A stretch of 28,392 bases of DNA from Tubiluchus corallicola (lineage: Eukaryota > Animalia > Priapulida). The translations under genes and the position numbers were made by a program. The notes under the pieces were generated by a model. The model searched no databases. It was given only the letters and a program-made list of their open reading frames with translations, and was not told the origin of the DNA. Of this stretch, positions 1 to 12,337 are shown piece by piece (positions within the stretch are counted from its first letter, which is position 1; each line of letters begins with the position of its first letter). The stretch spans positions 1-28,392 of the forward strand of contig JAQGDQ010001708.1 in assembly GCA_030141605.1 (NCBI GenBank), read 5' to 3'.

Positions 1-211
1 AACCTTGATCCCAACAAGACCTTAACCCTAATCCTAATCCCCTTCAGGAACTAATCTCTTGTGCTTGGGGAATTGTAAACTTTAGCCAAATTGTTTTATA
101 GAAGATGTAGTCGCCATATTAAATATCTAACTGTGTATGTCTGTAAAATTCTTTCCCCTACAAGTAGAGGAACTATATGTATTTGACAGTATAAAATAAA
201 AATTTATTGTT

Positions 212-414
<203 letters not shown>

Positions 415-420
<6 letters not shown>

Positions 421-960
421 CATTGTGTATTGTTCACTATCTTCAAACACTCTCACGTAAAAGCAGCAAGTTAAAATGGCGTCTGAAACTGTCTAGCAAA
501 CGCATCATCGTCATTGTGTATTGTTCACTATCTTCAAACACTCTCACGTAAAACCACCAAGTTAAAATGGCGTCTGAAACTGTCTAGCAAACGCATCATC
601 ATTATTGTGTATTGTTCACTATCTTCAAACACTCTCACGTAAAAGCAGCAAGCTAAAATGGCGTCTGAAACTGTCTAGCAAACGCATCATCGTCATTGTG
701 TATTGTTCACTATCTTCAAACACTCTCACGTAAAAGCAGCAAGTTAAAATGGCGTCTGAAACTGTCTAGCAAACGCATCATCATCATCATTGTCTATTGT
801 TCACTATCTTCAAACACTCTCACGCAAAACCAGCAAGTTAAAATGGCGTCTGAAACTGTCTAGCAAACGCATCATCATTATTGTGTATTGTTCACTATCT
901 TCAAACACTCTCACGTAAAAGCACCAAGTTAAAATGGCGTCTGAAACTGTCTAGCAAACC
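415..960. repeat. Minisatellite, ~91-bp unit x6
   Basis: Unit CATTGTGTATTGTTCACTATCTTCAAACACTCTCACGTAAAAGCAGCAAGTTAAAATGGCGTCTGAAACTGTCTAGCAAACG(CAT)n recurs six times. Confidence 0.95.
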
Positions 961-1207
961 CATTAACGTTGCTAATGCCACAAATGTAAATATAAATAAA
1001 CAATTTTGAATAAATCCTCTATCTCAATGCTCTTGTAGTATAAACGTTTATCCCTGGAGGGTTTTACACACTGATGAGTGAAACGCCTCTTTAATAAGCT
1101 AATGGTTACTGGTCAGTTAGAGTTCGAATGTCCAACCCTAAAGGTCAATTGTTATTTTTAACCCAATCACAACAGTGACGTATATGTTTTGTGGTCAACG
1201 TAGCTCA

Positions 1208-1470
1208 TGTCACACCACCGTCATCACCGTCGTCATCGTCATCATCATCATCGTCGTCGTCGTCATCATCATCATCGTCATCATCATCAAAGTCATCATC
1301 ATCATTGTCATTGTCATCGTCGTCGTCACATCATCATCATCGTCATCGTCATCATCATCAAAGTCATCATTATTGTCGCCGTCGTTGTCGTCGTCGTCGT
1401 CGTCGCCGCCGTTATCATAATTTTTTTTGTCATATCTTCATCGCCATCATCATCATCATCATCATCATCG

Positions 1471-1516
<46 letters not shown>

Positions 1517-1625
1517 TATCATATTATCTTCATCATCATCGTCATCATCATCATCAAAGTCATCATCATCACTGTCATCGTCATCGTCGTCGTCGTCACA
1601 TCATCATCATCATCATCATCCATTA
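1208..1625. repeat. Compound (CAT/CGT)n microsatellite
   Basis: Mixed CAT/CGT triplets with a recurring CATCAAAGTCATC interruption. Confidence 0.95.
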
Positions 1626-2414
1626 CTTTCTTACCCTTTTCATTTTTGTTTCTATATATTATTCTTCAGAAGAAACCGGAAGTACTTAGATTTTGAGAGA
1701 AACCAACAAACAATTTTCTTAACGAATTGTAAAGACGGGAAATCTTTTACTTTATCTGATCTAGAAGCAAAAGAAGTCGGTTGACATTGTTTTTTGCAAA
1801 AATTGCCCAAAGAACCCATTTTATACTATTCACAAAACATGTTAGTGAAAATGTAGTTCGGTTGGTGCATGTGTGCCAGTGTTTGTGTTTTCTTTCAGAA
1901 CAGCTGTTGCATGTAGTAGCTTTTACCGCACAACGCAGCGTGATCAACGAAACAGATAAAGTCATACGTTTTGAAACAACGACAAATTTCGACTTTTTAT
2001 GGCTTGAAATAGGTTAGTAGCTGTCGCTGACGATAGATGGCGCTTCCTCACAGTTCAATGGCCAAGTCTCTAGACAGATGTTTGACCAACACGCGTTGAC
2101 CATTACCCATGTGTTAACTCTTTCAAAACAAGCAAACTGTCTGGCATTTCCGCTCATTCGGCACCAATAATCAATAAACAAACTGATTACAAATGGATTC
2201 CTGATCAGAGGTTTAAATGTCACGCATGCGCAGAAGAATCTATATGTGAAAAATAATAACGAAAATGTGTTTTCATTGCTCGGAAGTGGTGCTGACAAGC
2301 CACTGGCGTAGCAGTGTCTACTTTTTTGCTGGATTACTGCTGTGTTTACCTGTCTGAAGGCAGATTTCTTTTATTTTGGAATTTTGCCTGTCTACAATAG
2401 ACGTGACGGACATA

Positions 2415-2662
2415 TGCTGCTGCTGCTGCTGCTGTGGCTGATGCTGCTGCTGCTGATTATGATGATGTGATGAGAATAATGATGATGATGATGATGATGG
2501 TGATGATAAGGATGATGACAATGATGATGATGATGATGACGATGATGATGATGAGGATGAGGATGATGACGATGATGATGATGATGATGATGATGATGAC
2601 GATGATGATAAGGATGATGACAATGATGATGATGATGATGATGACGATGATGATGATGATGT
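2415..2662. repeat. (CTG)n followed by (GAT)n microsatellite
   Basis: Direct inspection. Confidence 0.95.
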
Positions 2663-3384
2663 TGTATGACAAACATTGGGTGCCATGTTGTGATAAATGC
2701 CTTTTCTCAGTTTCGTTGTGTGCATGCGCTGCTGCTGCAGGTCAAAGGTTAAGTGAGCCACTGCAACTCGTCTTAAATACAACCGTTGCGAGACACGTAG
2801 GCAAAGAGTTATAATAACACGTGGGCAAAGCAAAGCTGTCTGCAGCTTCAGTAACTTCAGATGTTTTACATGAACTTTACTTAATTATCCATTAGTCTTT
2901 GCGTAAAGTGATTTACTAACAGGATCTTGCTTAGGAACAAGAAAAAATGAACTAGATAAAGTTCCAGCTAGCTGTTAAAACTGTTGCTATTACAATAGCT
3001 TGGCTGTGAGGCGTTGTCAAGTGTACACAAACGCATTGTCTGCTACACTTAACCTTTGACCTTTTCACCATCATAAAAAGCTGATACAAAAACCGCATTG
3101 GGCTGTATTGCAAAAAAACAGTCCTTGAACGACAAACTTGAAGTTGTTGAAGCATTCTGTCTCTGCGCATGCGTGGTATTTAAATCTACGAATTGCATTG
3201 TGAATGTTGCAATCGTTGACGAAACGTTTAGCAAACTGAGAGTGATCATGCTCACAATTTTCTCGGCCTTGGTCAGTAGTGATCAAAATAAGTGCGCCAG
3301 ACTAAATTATATTTTGCTCGGTGTCCAGCAGTGTGTATGGGCGTGACTAATATGAGCCAGTGGATCTGCAGATGTGTCTTGTCA

Positions 3385-3414
3385 CTCTCTCTCTCTCTCT
3401 TTGTCTCTCTCTCT

Positions 3415-3464
<50 letters not shown>
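3385..3464. repeat. (CT)n microsatellite
   Basis: Direct inspection. Confidence 0.97.
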
Positions 3465-3466
<2 letters not shown>

Positions 3467-3774
3467 GAGGAAATCAGCTGGAATCAGTGTTACAAATAAA
3501 ACATCGCATAGCGGGTATCGAAACCTGACATTTACGGACGAGTAACGTAAAGCACAACACCTGACCACTCGGCTATGAATGCCGCCACAATTAATTTTGT
3601 TAACATTGCCTTGTCGCACAGGCCAAGTTTAAGTGTTGACCACACGTGTGTCGCCATCTACTGAACTACTGTTAAACTAATAAAATTTCCTTGTATTTAA
3701 CTATGTACACGTATGGTTGATGCATTTCTAAATTGCTCAGAGCTTTCTAAATTGCATCAGTTTCCAAGCGGCAA

Positions 3775-3803
3775 TTCTAATGGGACGTTCTTTTGTCTTT
3801 CAG
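3775..3803 (+). promoter_or_regulatory. Candidate splice acceptor for the GPCR coding exon (5' UTR intron)
   Basis: Branch-like TTCTAAT, then TTCTTTTGTCTTTCAG, about 1 kb upstream of the ATG. Confidence 0.35.
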
Positions 3804-3940
3804 CCTTCAAGTCACGTGTGCAATTGACCTCTACGTCACGTTTTAATGAAGCCACGTATTTTTTAATGAAACCATAGCGGATTCCACGAAGACCGTTGCT
3901 GACATCTGTGAATTTTGATGTGCGATAATGTTGCAAGCCG

Positions 3941-4029
3941 CAGAAATGTTGTCGGATGCTACAGAAATGCTCTCGTATGCTACAGAAATGTTGTAGTATG
4001 CAAGAGAAATGTTCTCGTATGCAGGAGAA
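3941..4029. repeat. 21-bp tandem repeat x4
   Basis: CAGAAATGYTSTMGKATGCWA-like unit. Confidence 0.85.
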
Positions 4030-4538
4030 TAATGGTTTGAATCATGTTACCTGAAAGATAGGTAAAATCTTCAAGTGCTCCACCTAAATTTGCTAAACTT
4101 GATGACTAACTTTACTAAGTGTTCTGTCTCAAATCACTTCCCAGAAAAGAACTTTCTTTTTTTGTTGAAAAGTGCACCTAACGTAAATAAATATAGTTGA
4201 GTAAAATTTTCTTATTCAATAATTCAAGAACAGAAATAACGTGCGTTGTTTTGTGGTGGGAACACGTGTTTTTTTCGAGAAGCTCACAGAACAAGTAAAT
4301 AATCGATGCGCGCCATCTAGCGCGCTGTTGTGTTTAATTCAATTCGGTTTTGTTAACTTGATGCGTCGGAAAATTTCTCTCTTCGTGGTGTCTCACAATG
4401 GAGAGTCATTACCACTTCACCACCGCGTGTCATTAACGTTTTCTACGGTGTAAAAATCTAATTTCCTTGTCGGGGGAAGAATAGCTGTGCGGAACAATAA
4501 TTGCTCCTTGTCAAACGCCTGAATGGACAAATCAGCGT

Positions 4539-4858
4539 GAAACAGTTTCACACGCCAATAACAATCTTCCTCTGCTTAAAAATTGGCTCTAGTTTAATAG
4601 ACGCGCCGCCAGGGGTCGCCAAGGTCGACCTGCGTTGCCACGACAACCAATTGTCAATGTCATGTCGTACGCGTCGGACATTTTGGCGTCCCGAAACAGT
4701 TTCAAACACCAATAACAATCTTTTTCTGATTAAAAACGATTCTGATCAATTGGCTCTAGTTTAATAGACGTGCCGCCAGGGGTCTCAAAGGTCGACCTGC
4801 GTTGCCAAATACGGCCAATTGCCAATGTCATGTCGTCCGCATCTGACATTTTATCGTC
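4539..4858. repeat. Tandem duplication (~155-168 bp) spanning the GPCR start codon
   Basis: AATTGGCTCTAGTTTAATAGACG.GCCGCCAGGGGTC...GGTCGACCTGCGTTGCCA...CAATGTCATGTCGT occurs at about 4581 and 4749. Confidence 0.92.
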
Positions 4859-6437
4859 AAACTTGACCGAAATTTTCTTCGGACAATTTAACAGCAACGC
4901 TTTCGACGGTTGCGGCAACGGTGTTCCGTATCCCAACACGTGGCAGGCCGCCATCACTTTGCTCATACTCGTCATCATCAACATCCTGATCATCATCGGC
5001 AACACGCTGGTCATCACCGCCGTGTTCGTCACGAAGAAGTTGCGGACGACGACGAACCTGTTCATCATGTCGCTGGCCATTGCCGACTTCTTCGTAGGCG
5101 TGGCCGTGTTGCCGTACTCGCTGTCCCTGGAGGTCCTCGATGCGTGGATATTCGGGGACGTCTGGTGCAGCCTGTGGTTGGCCATTGATGTCCTGCTCTG
5201 CACGGCGTCCATACTCCACCTCTGCGCGATCAGCCTGGACCGTTACTTGGCCATCACTCACCCGATCAGTTACCCGCGGCTGATGAGCCGAAAGCGGAGC
5301 CGGATACTGGTGACGGCGGTGTGGTTGGCCGCTTTTGCCATCTCCATCCCTCCGTTGCTCGGCTGGAACGAGACCGGCGCGGTTCTGCGGGGTTCCGTTC
5401 GGGAGGCAGTCGCGCAGAATGGTTCCGCCGACGTGATAAAGAGCGTCGAAGAAGCCACGGTGGTCGTTGATGCGCCATGTTACCCAACCTGTGATTTGAT
5501 TGCCGACAAAGGTTACAGGATCTATTCTGCCTTGGGAAGTTTTTTTATCCCCATGTTCGTGATGGTATTTTTTTACTGGAGGATTTACATTGAGGCCACC
5601 AAAAGCACCAAAGCCATGAAGAGGGGATTTAAGGAGGTGAGCGGAGGAAATCTAAAAGGAGAAGGTCTTCGAATTCACCGCGGTGGTGCCAGCCACAGGA
5701 CGAGCAACGGCAGCACTTCGGGGTCTCAATACGGGCGAAGTTCTTCAGTGATTAAAGTGGACACGATCACGTGTGTATCGTCCAGCCCGCCGAGTCCGTC
5801 CTCCTGCTCGGACGACCAGAAGTCTCTGGTCGTCACGAAGAACAGAAGAACCGGACTGCAAACGGTCAGATCGGCCGGCCAACTGGACACGATAAAAAAG
5901 ACGCTGCCGATGTCGCGGAAGTTTTCCACTCCCAACGTCGTCAACGGCGGGACGCGACGGTCGTCCAATCTGAGCGTAAACTGTGATAGCTTGGACACGC
6001 TGGACAGCGAGAGCCTAAGTGGACGGGACAGCATACGGCAGGACAGCCGCTTCTACAAGGTGGTCAAGTTGCGTCGAGACTTTCGCAAGTTTTCGCACGA
6101 GATGAAGGCGGCCAAAACGCTGGCCATCATCGTGGGCGGGTTCATCATCTGCTGGCTGCCCTTCTTCACCATCTACTTCATCGGGGCTTTCTGCGAGGAT
6201 TGCATCGACCCCCTCCTCTTCAGCGTCTGTTTCTGGTTGGGCTACTGCAACTCTGCGCTCAACCCCATCGTCTACGCCCTCTTCAACAAGGACTACCGCT
6301 ACGCTTTCCAGAAGATCGTCAGGTGCAATTTTAACAGGAATTCTCCCAGCCGGGTCACGTACGGCAGCGGCGACTCGTTGACTCTTTACAGGATGCCGTC
6401 TAGCAGGAGGCAGAACGGCAAGATGCCCGCGTGCTAA
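4830..6437 (+). CDS. Oamb: Intronless class A aminergic GPCR, alpha-adrenergic-like octopamine receptor (OAMB/Oct-alpha1R type), 535 aa
   Basis: Seven hydrophobic segments with GN (TM1), LAxAD (TM2), D3.32 in WLAIDVLLCTASI plus DRY (TM3), YSALGSFFIP (TM5 serines), KAAKTLAIIVGGFIICWLPFF (TM6) and FWLGYCNSALNPIVY (TM7). The LRIHRG motif in ICL3, the long ECL2 and FCEDCIDPLLFSV in ECL3/TM7 resemble OAMB-type receptors as I recall them. First in-frame ATG is 4830 (MSSASDILSSNLT, with an N-glycosylation site); the ORF-track start at 4770 is a GTG. Subtype assignment needs a phylogeny. Confidence 0.88.
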   Translation: MSSASDILSSNLTEIFFGQFNSNAFDGCGNGVPYPNTWQAAITLLILVIINILIIIGNTLVITAVFVTKKLRTTTNLFIMSLAIADFFVGVAVLPYSLSLEVLDAWIFGDVWCSLWLAIDVLLCTASILHLCAISLDRYLAITHPISYPRLMSRKRSRILVTAVWLAAFAISIPPLLGWNETGAVLRGSVREAVAQNGSADVIKSVEEATVVVDAPCYPTCDLIADKGYRIYSALGSFFIPMFVMVFFYWRIYIEATKSTKAMKRGFKEVSGGNLKGEGLRIHRGGASHRTSNGSTSGSQYGRSSSVIKVDTITCVSSSPPSPSSCSDDQKSLVVTKNRRTGLQTVRSAGQLDTIKKTLPMSRKFSTPNVVNGGTRRSSNLSVNCDSLDTLDSESLSGRDSIRQDSRFYKVVKLRRDFRKFSHEMKAAKTLAIIVGGFIICWLPFFTIYFIGAFCEDCIDPLLFSVCFWLGYCNSALNPIVYALFNKDYRYAFQKIVRCNFNRNSPSRVTYGSGDSLTLYRMPSSRRQNGKMPAC

Positions 6438-6781
6438 AACGTGTTGTGTACACAGAAAGTGATGACGAAACAACATGCATACTGAGCATGCTCACAGTGA
6501 ATAGAGTCTGCGTAGCGTGCTAAACACGGTGTTGCGTACACAGAAAGTGCTGACGAAACGGCATGCATACTGAGCATGCGCACAGTGACTAGAGTCAGCG
6601 TAGCATTCTAAAAACGGTGTTGCGTACACAGAAAGTGCTGACGAAATGGATGCATACTAAGCATGCGCACAGTGACTAGAGTCAGCGTAGCGTCCTAATT
6701 ACAGTGTTGCGTACACAGAAACTGCTGACGGAACGGCATGCGTATTGAGCATGCGCACAGTGACTAGAGCCTGCGTAGCAT
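6429..6781. repeat. 88-bp tandem repeat x4 at the start of the GPCR 3' UTR
   Basis: CACAGAAA anchor at 6451, 6539, 6627 and 6714. Confidence 0.93.
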
Positions 6782-6848
6782 TCGACATGCAAAGGCTTTC
6801 AGTACAAAATACCCAATCCAAGGAGTAAAATATCAATGATGAACTTTC

Positions 6849-7000
6849 AATCGATATCACGTTATTTTCGAATTCATTATAATCGATATCACGTTATATT
6901 CGAATTCATTATATTCGATATCACGTTATATTCGAATTCATTGTAATCGATATCACGTTATATTCGAATTCATTATATTCGATTTCACGTTTTATTCGAC
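6849..7000. repeat. 32-bp palindrome-rich tandem repeat x~5
   Basis: Unit AATCGATATCACGTTATATTCGAATTCATTAT. Confidence 0.93.
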
Positions 7001-7259
7001 GTTATTACAGTAACTTACAAGACGTGTGGTGTAAATCATGCATTATTGCGCATGCGTACGCTGTGCACTGTGTACGCATGCATTTGAAGTGTACCTGTAT
7101 TTCTTATTGAATTCGTTCTTTGTAAATGCATGAAAATTTGGCTAAATGATAGTTGTAGCTCGTTAAGACAATGTGAAATTTACTAAACCGTTTCAAATAG
7201 AAAATGTTTATGACTTTATTGCCGGGAAACTTTTGTGCAGTGTGATGTGATAAAATAGT

Positions 7260-8190
<931 letters not shown>

Positions 8191-8524
8191 GCAGAAATCA
8201 GTCTTCACTGATTGGTTTACAAAATGCTCGAACAATGAATTGGAAAACTCCAACTTGAGACAATCCTTGAATTTATAGCCCAAATACACAATTAGACAAG
8301 CAGCAAACTTACATACAAAAAAGCCTTTAAATCCATTGTAATTGCAACAACCTTTTCAATTTGACAGAAACCTCCTGCTTCGTTAGCTCTTCAACTTTTC
8401 TTGACCTGACATTTCATCAATAATTTATCCACCGGAAGAAAACGAAAATTTCTTCAACCAAGATGGTGCTAGATGGCGCAGCAGTAAGAGGCGCTTGTAA
8501 CCACATCTTCCGTGAGGAGACGTC

Positions 8525-9230
8525 CTCTGTCTCAGACCTCTTGTTACTCATTGTTAAATGATAACAGTTCATCGGACTTCTTATATGTGGAATTCTCTAA
8601 GAGAAAATTGTTTATTGATAATAACAGTCTCAAAGCCCCTTGTCACGCGTTGTTGATGCTAATTGTTTCATCATATCTTGACATTACTAGAAGTGCAGCG
8701 CCCTTTACGGCAAATTTTTTCATCGGACTTCTTATATGTGGAATTCTGTGAGAGAAAATTATTTCTTGCCAGTAAAAATCTCAGAGCCTCTTGTCACTCG
8801 TTGTTAAACGATAACACTTTCATATCTTGACATTACTGGACGCACAGCATCATATACTGCAAGCTTTTTCATCGGACTTCTTATATGTGGAATTATCTAA
8901 GAGAACATTGTTTCTTGATAATGACAGTCTCAAAGCCTCTTGTCACGTGTTGCTAATGCAAATTGTTTCATCATATCTTGACATTACTAGAAGCGCAGGA
9001 TCTTATAGGCAAGATTTTTTCATCGGACTTCTTGTTTGTGGAATTCTCAAAGAGAAAATTGTTTCTTGATAATAACAGTCTCAGAACCTCTTGTTACTGG
9101 TTGTTAAACGCTAACAGTTTCATCATATCTTGACATTACTAGATCCACAGCACCTTATACGGCAAGATTTTTCATCGGACTTCTTTTATGTGGAATTGTC
9201 TACCAAAAAAGTTTCCTTGTTAATAATAAC
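8525..9230. repeat. ~150-bp tandem repeat x~4.5
   Basis: CATCGGACTTCTT anchor near 8570, 8721, 8870, 9021 and 9173. Confidence 0.92.
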
Positions 9231-9676
9231 CGCTACTTTGTAATTGGTTCATTAACAACTGACACTGATAATGATTCAAGCAAGGGTGCTAGTGATGCAT
9301 TAACATATTAAACAATGGAATTCTTTATACGAAACATTAAGAAAGCAATAGATGCATTAATGGGAAGTGGTGCTGACATAGCAGCGTCTAGTTTATTACG
9401 TGTGTTATAACTGTATTCATTATTTTGCTTCAGAAATATTTCACCAGTATTTGCTTTAGTGTAAATGTGACAATGCACCCTGCTTCAGGCACTGGCATAA
9501 TGGGCCAGTAAAACTGACGAAACACATGTGAACTAGCCTTTATAATTGTCGCTTGACGCGCTCGTTAATCAAGAAATCTGTGACACTAGTCGGTTTTTAA
9601 AATACTACTTGAGTTTCTAAATCCCTTAGAGCAGCTGTTATAGCAATGAAAAGTTGTGCTCGTGTTTTGGCAATTG

Positions 9677-9749
9677 GGGGGATTAGCTCAAATGGTAGAG
9701 CGCTCGCTTAGCATGCGAGAGGTAGCGGGATCGATGCCCGCATCCTCCA
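9677..9749 (+). tRNA. trnA-AGC: tRNA-Ala (anticodon AGC)
   Basis: 73-nt cloverleaf. Acceptor stem GGGGGAT/ATCCTCC with the G3:U70 alanine identity pair, D arm GCTC/GAGC, anticodon stem CTCGC/GCGAG with loop TTAGCAT, T arm GCGGG-ATCGATG-CCCGC, discriminator A. Confidence 0.97.
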
Positions 9750-9750
9750 A

Positions 9751-9757
9751 TTTTTTT
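9751..9757 (+). terminator. RNA polymerase III oligo-T terminator of tRNA-Ala
   Basis: Run of 7 T starting 2 nt after the discriminator base. Confidence 0.85.
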
Positions 9758-9914
9758 CAAAATTGATATGCTACAAAACACTGTCCAGGTACGCATTAAT
9801 ATTTGAATAAAATTTTACACGTTCACGGGTTTATTAATTATGATACATTTTTCCATAAAGTTGGCACTCTGCAAGCTGGAAGCTGAAACTGTTTGTATGG
9901 CGGGACTGGTACTA

Positions 9915-10240
9915 TTTATTATCGAGAATAAAATGAGATACTGGACTGGCCGAGTTGACTGGCTGCATTAAACTTTGTCATTAGTCATTGATGAAAGATA
10001 CATATGTAACAGCTACTGCCAATTGGTGGTCAACAATCCATTTATAGAACAGAGTTGGTGTTGCACAACCACCGAGTTATTGTCAAGAATAAAATGAGAT
10101 ACTGGACTGACCGAGTTGTTTTGCGGCATTCAACTTTGTCATTAATCACTGATGGAAGAAACATATGTACAGCTACTGCCAAAAAGCAGTTGTCGAGGTT
10201 GTCAACTATCCATTTACTGATCAGACTTGGTGTTGCACAA
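9915..10240. repeat. ~160-bp tandem duplication
   Basis: AGAATAAAATGAGATACTGGACTG.CCGAGTTG and ACAGCTACTGCCAA each occur twice about 160 bp apart. Confidence 0.85.
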
Positions 10241-10770
10241 CTGCAGTGTGTGTAAACAAAGATATTAAAAAACAGGAGAACAGAATATTTTGTAGTGTTC
10301 ATATGCTACTCAGTAGGACAAGTAAGAAACCACATATTTAACTCAGGTTGATATTAAATTATTTTAATACATTGTTTAATTAAATTATAATTAAATTAAT
10401 TAAATTTTTATGCCATTTTCTTTCAATTTTGACAAATTTATGCAATTGTGAAAAGTTCCTGATGAAAAGAAAGCAATCAGTGGATCATGCGCACACTTCT
10501 TGTCTTCTGTCTCAATGCTAACATACCACAAACAGTTGGTGAGAAGTCGGCAAACAACCAACACGCCACAAGCAGTTGTGGCATTGCATTCTACATAACC
10601 GACACCCCGTTTAAAAACATCTCCAAACGTTTTTTATGCAAGAAGTTTCGGAGTTTCAGAAACAATAAATATTTTTATTGAATTGAATAGGGAAAAACTT
10701 CTTATTAAATTTTCCATACGTCATTAAAGCTCCTAATCGATACTGCAGTTATTTAGTATTTGTAAGTTAA

Positions 10771-11481
<711 letters not shown>

Positions 11482-11918
11482 GTGTCATTTCTCAAATTTT
11501 CCAAACAATAATTAGTTTTGTTTAGTTTATTCCATTTACCACATAACACATAAGTACGATGAAAATACAAAATACAAAATTGAAAAAAAAACAGCATGTA
11601 AATAATAAAGTTGATCAATAAATTATACAGGCTGTCCGAAAAAAAAACTTGTAAAGATCATGCCCAATAATGGCAAACGGAAAGAAAAGTGAAAGTGCAA
11701 AAATAAAAAAGTGGCTTTGAGGAGGAAGAGAAGAATGAAAAGTGAAAAAATACTTTTTAATAAAATTACAGAACAGGTAATTTGACTGGATGCCATGTTT
11801 CAGTTTTTAGTTTTTATGTTTCTTAAATAATTGCATTCATGTGAGTTTCATAAACAAATTTGAAGCAAAAATATTTTTCGGAGTTTGTTAAATTTTGTTT
11901 ATTTTGAGTTGCTTCTAC

Positions 11919-12337
11919 TAGGCGTGGGCATCGAACATTCGAATTCGATTCGAACGAGTTTTTTTTAGTTCGAATCCGATTCGAACCTAAATTATGTATT
12001 CGAATAATTCAGCACTTCAGCCACATACGTTCTTTATCATTGAAATGTTTAAGACAACATACAGTTAGCACAATTTAGCTGCAGTTTCTGTGCAACAGTT
12101 AGCACAATTTAGCTCCAGTTTCTGTGCAAAATTTTTAACAAACTACTGCAGAACAAAATCAAGTAACATGCATGATATTCGTACGACCATATTTCACTGC
12201 TGGTTCGTAAACTTGTTCGAAAATCTTTCAAACTCAATTCAAATTTTATTGGGATTCGAAATACTGAAATTCAATTTGAATTCTGGAGTCACAAATTCGA
12301 TTCGAATTCACTTTCTGGTGGAGAATGCTCACTTCTA
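11919..12337. mobile_element. hAT MITE, older copy of the same family as 15851-16248
   Basis: Colinear homology throughout (CGAATAATTCAGCACTTCA, GAGAATGCTCAC), degenerate TIRs TAGGCGTGGGCAT/ATGCTCACTTCTA, decayed TSD, internal ~34-bp duplication near 12060-12128. Confidence 0.85.

Noticed and set aside
1-45. Telomeric (TAACCC)n sequence, also seen in 18105-18608
   Set aside because: Only one or two exact units in degenerate context; not a telomere or a true interstitial array.
4770-4829. GTG-initiated 20-aa N-terminal extension of the GPCR
   Set aside because: Eukaryotic gene; the first in-frame ATG is 4830 and this segment belongs to the duplicated 5' region.
4730-6476. Antisense and alternate-frame ORFs over the GPCR
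   Set aside because: Shadow ORFs caused by GC3-rich codon usage of the real gene.
6455-6740. SECIS or hammerhead reading of (C/A)TGACGAAAC in the 88-bp repeats
   Set aside because: No correctly spaced stem II plus GAAA, no SECIS geometry, and no in-frame TGA in the receptor.
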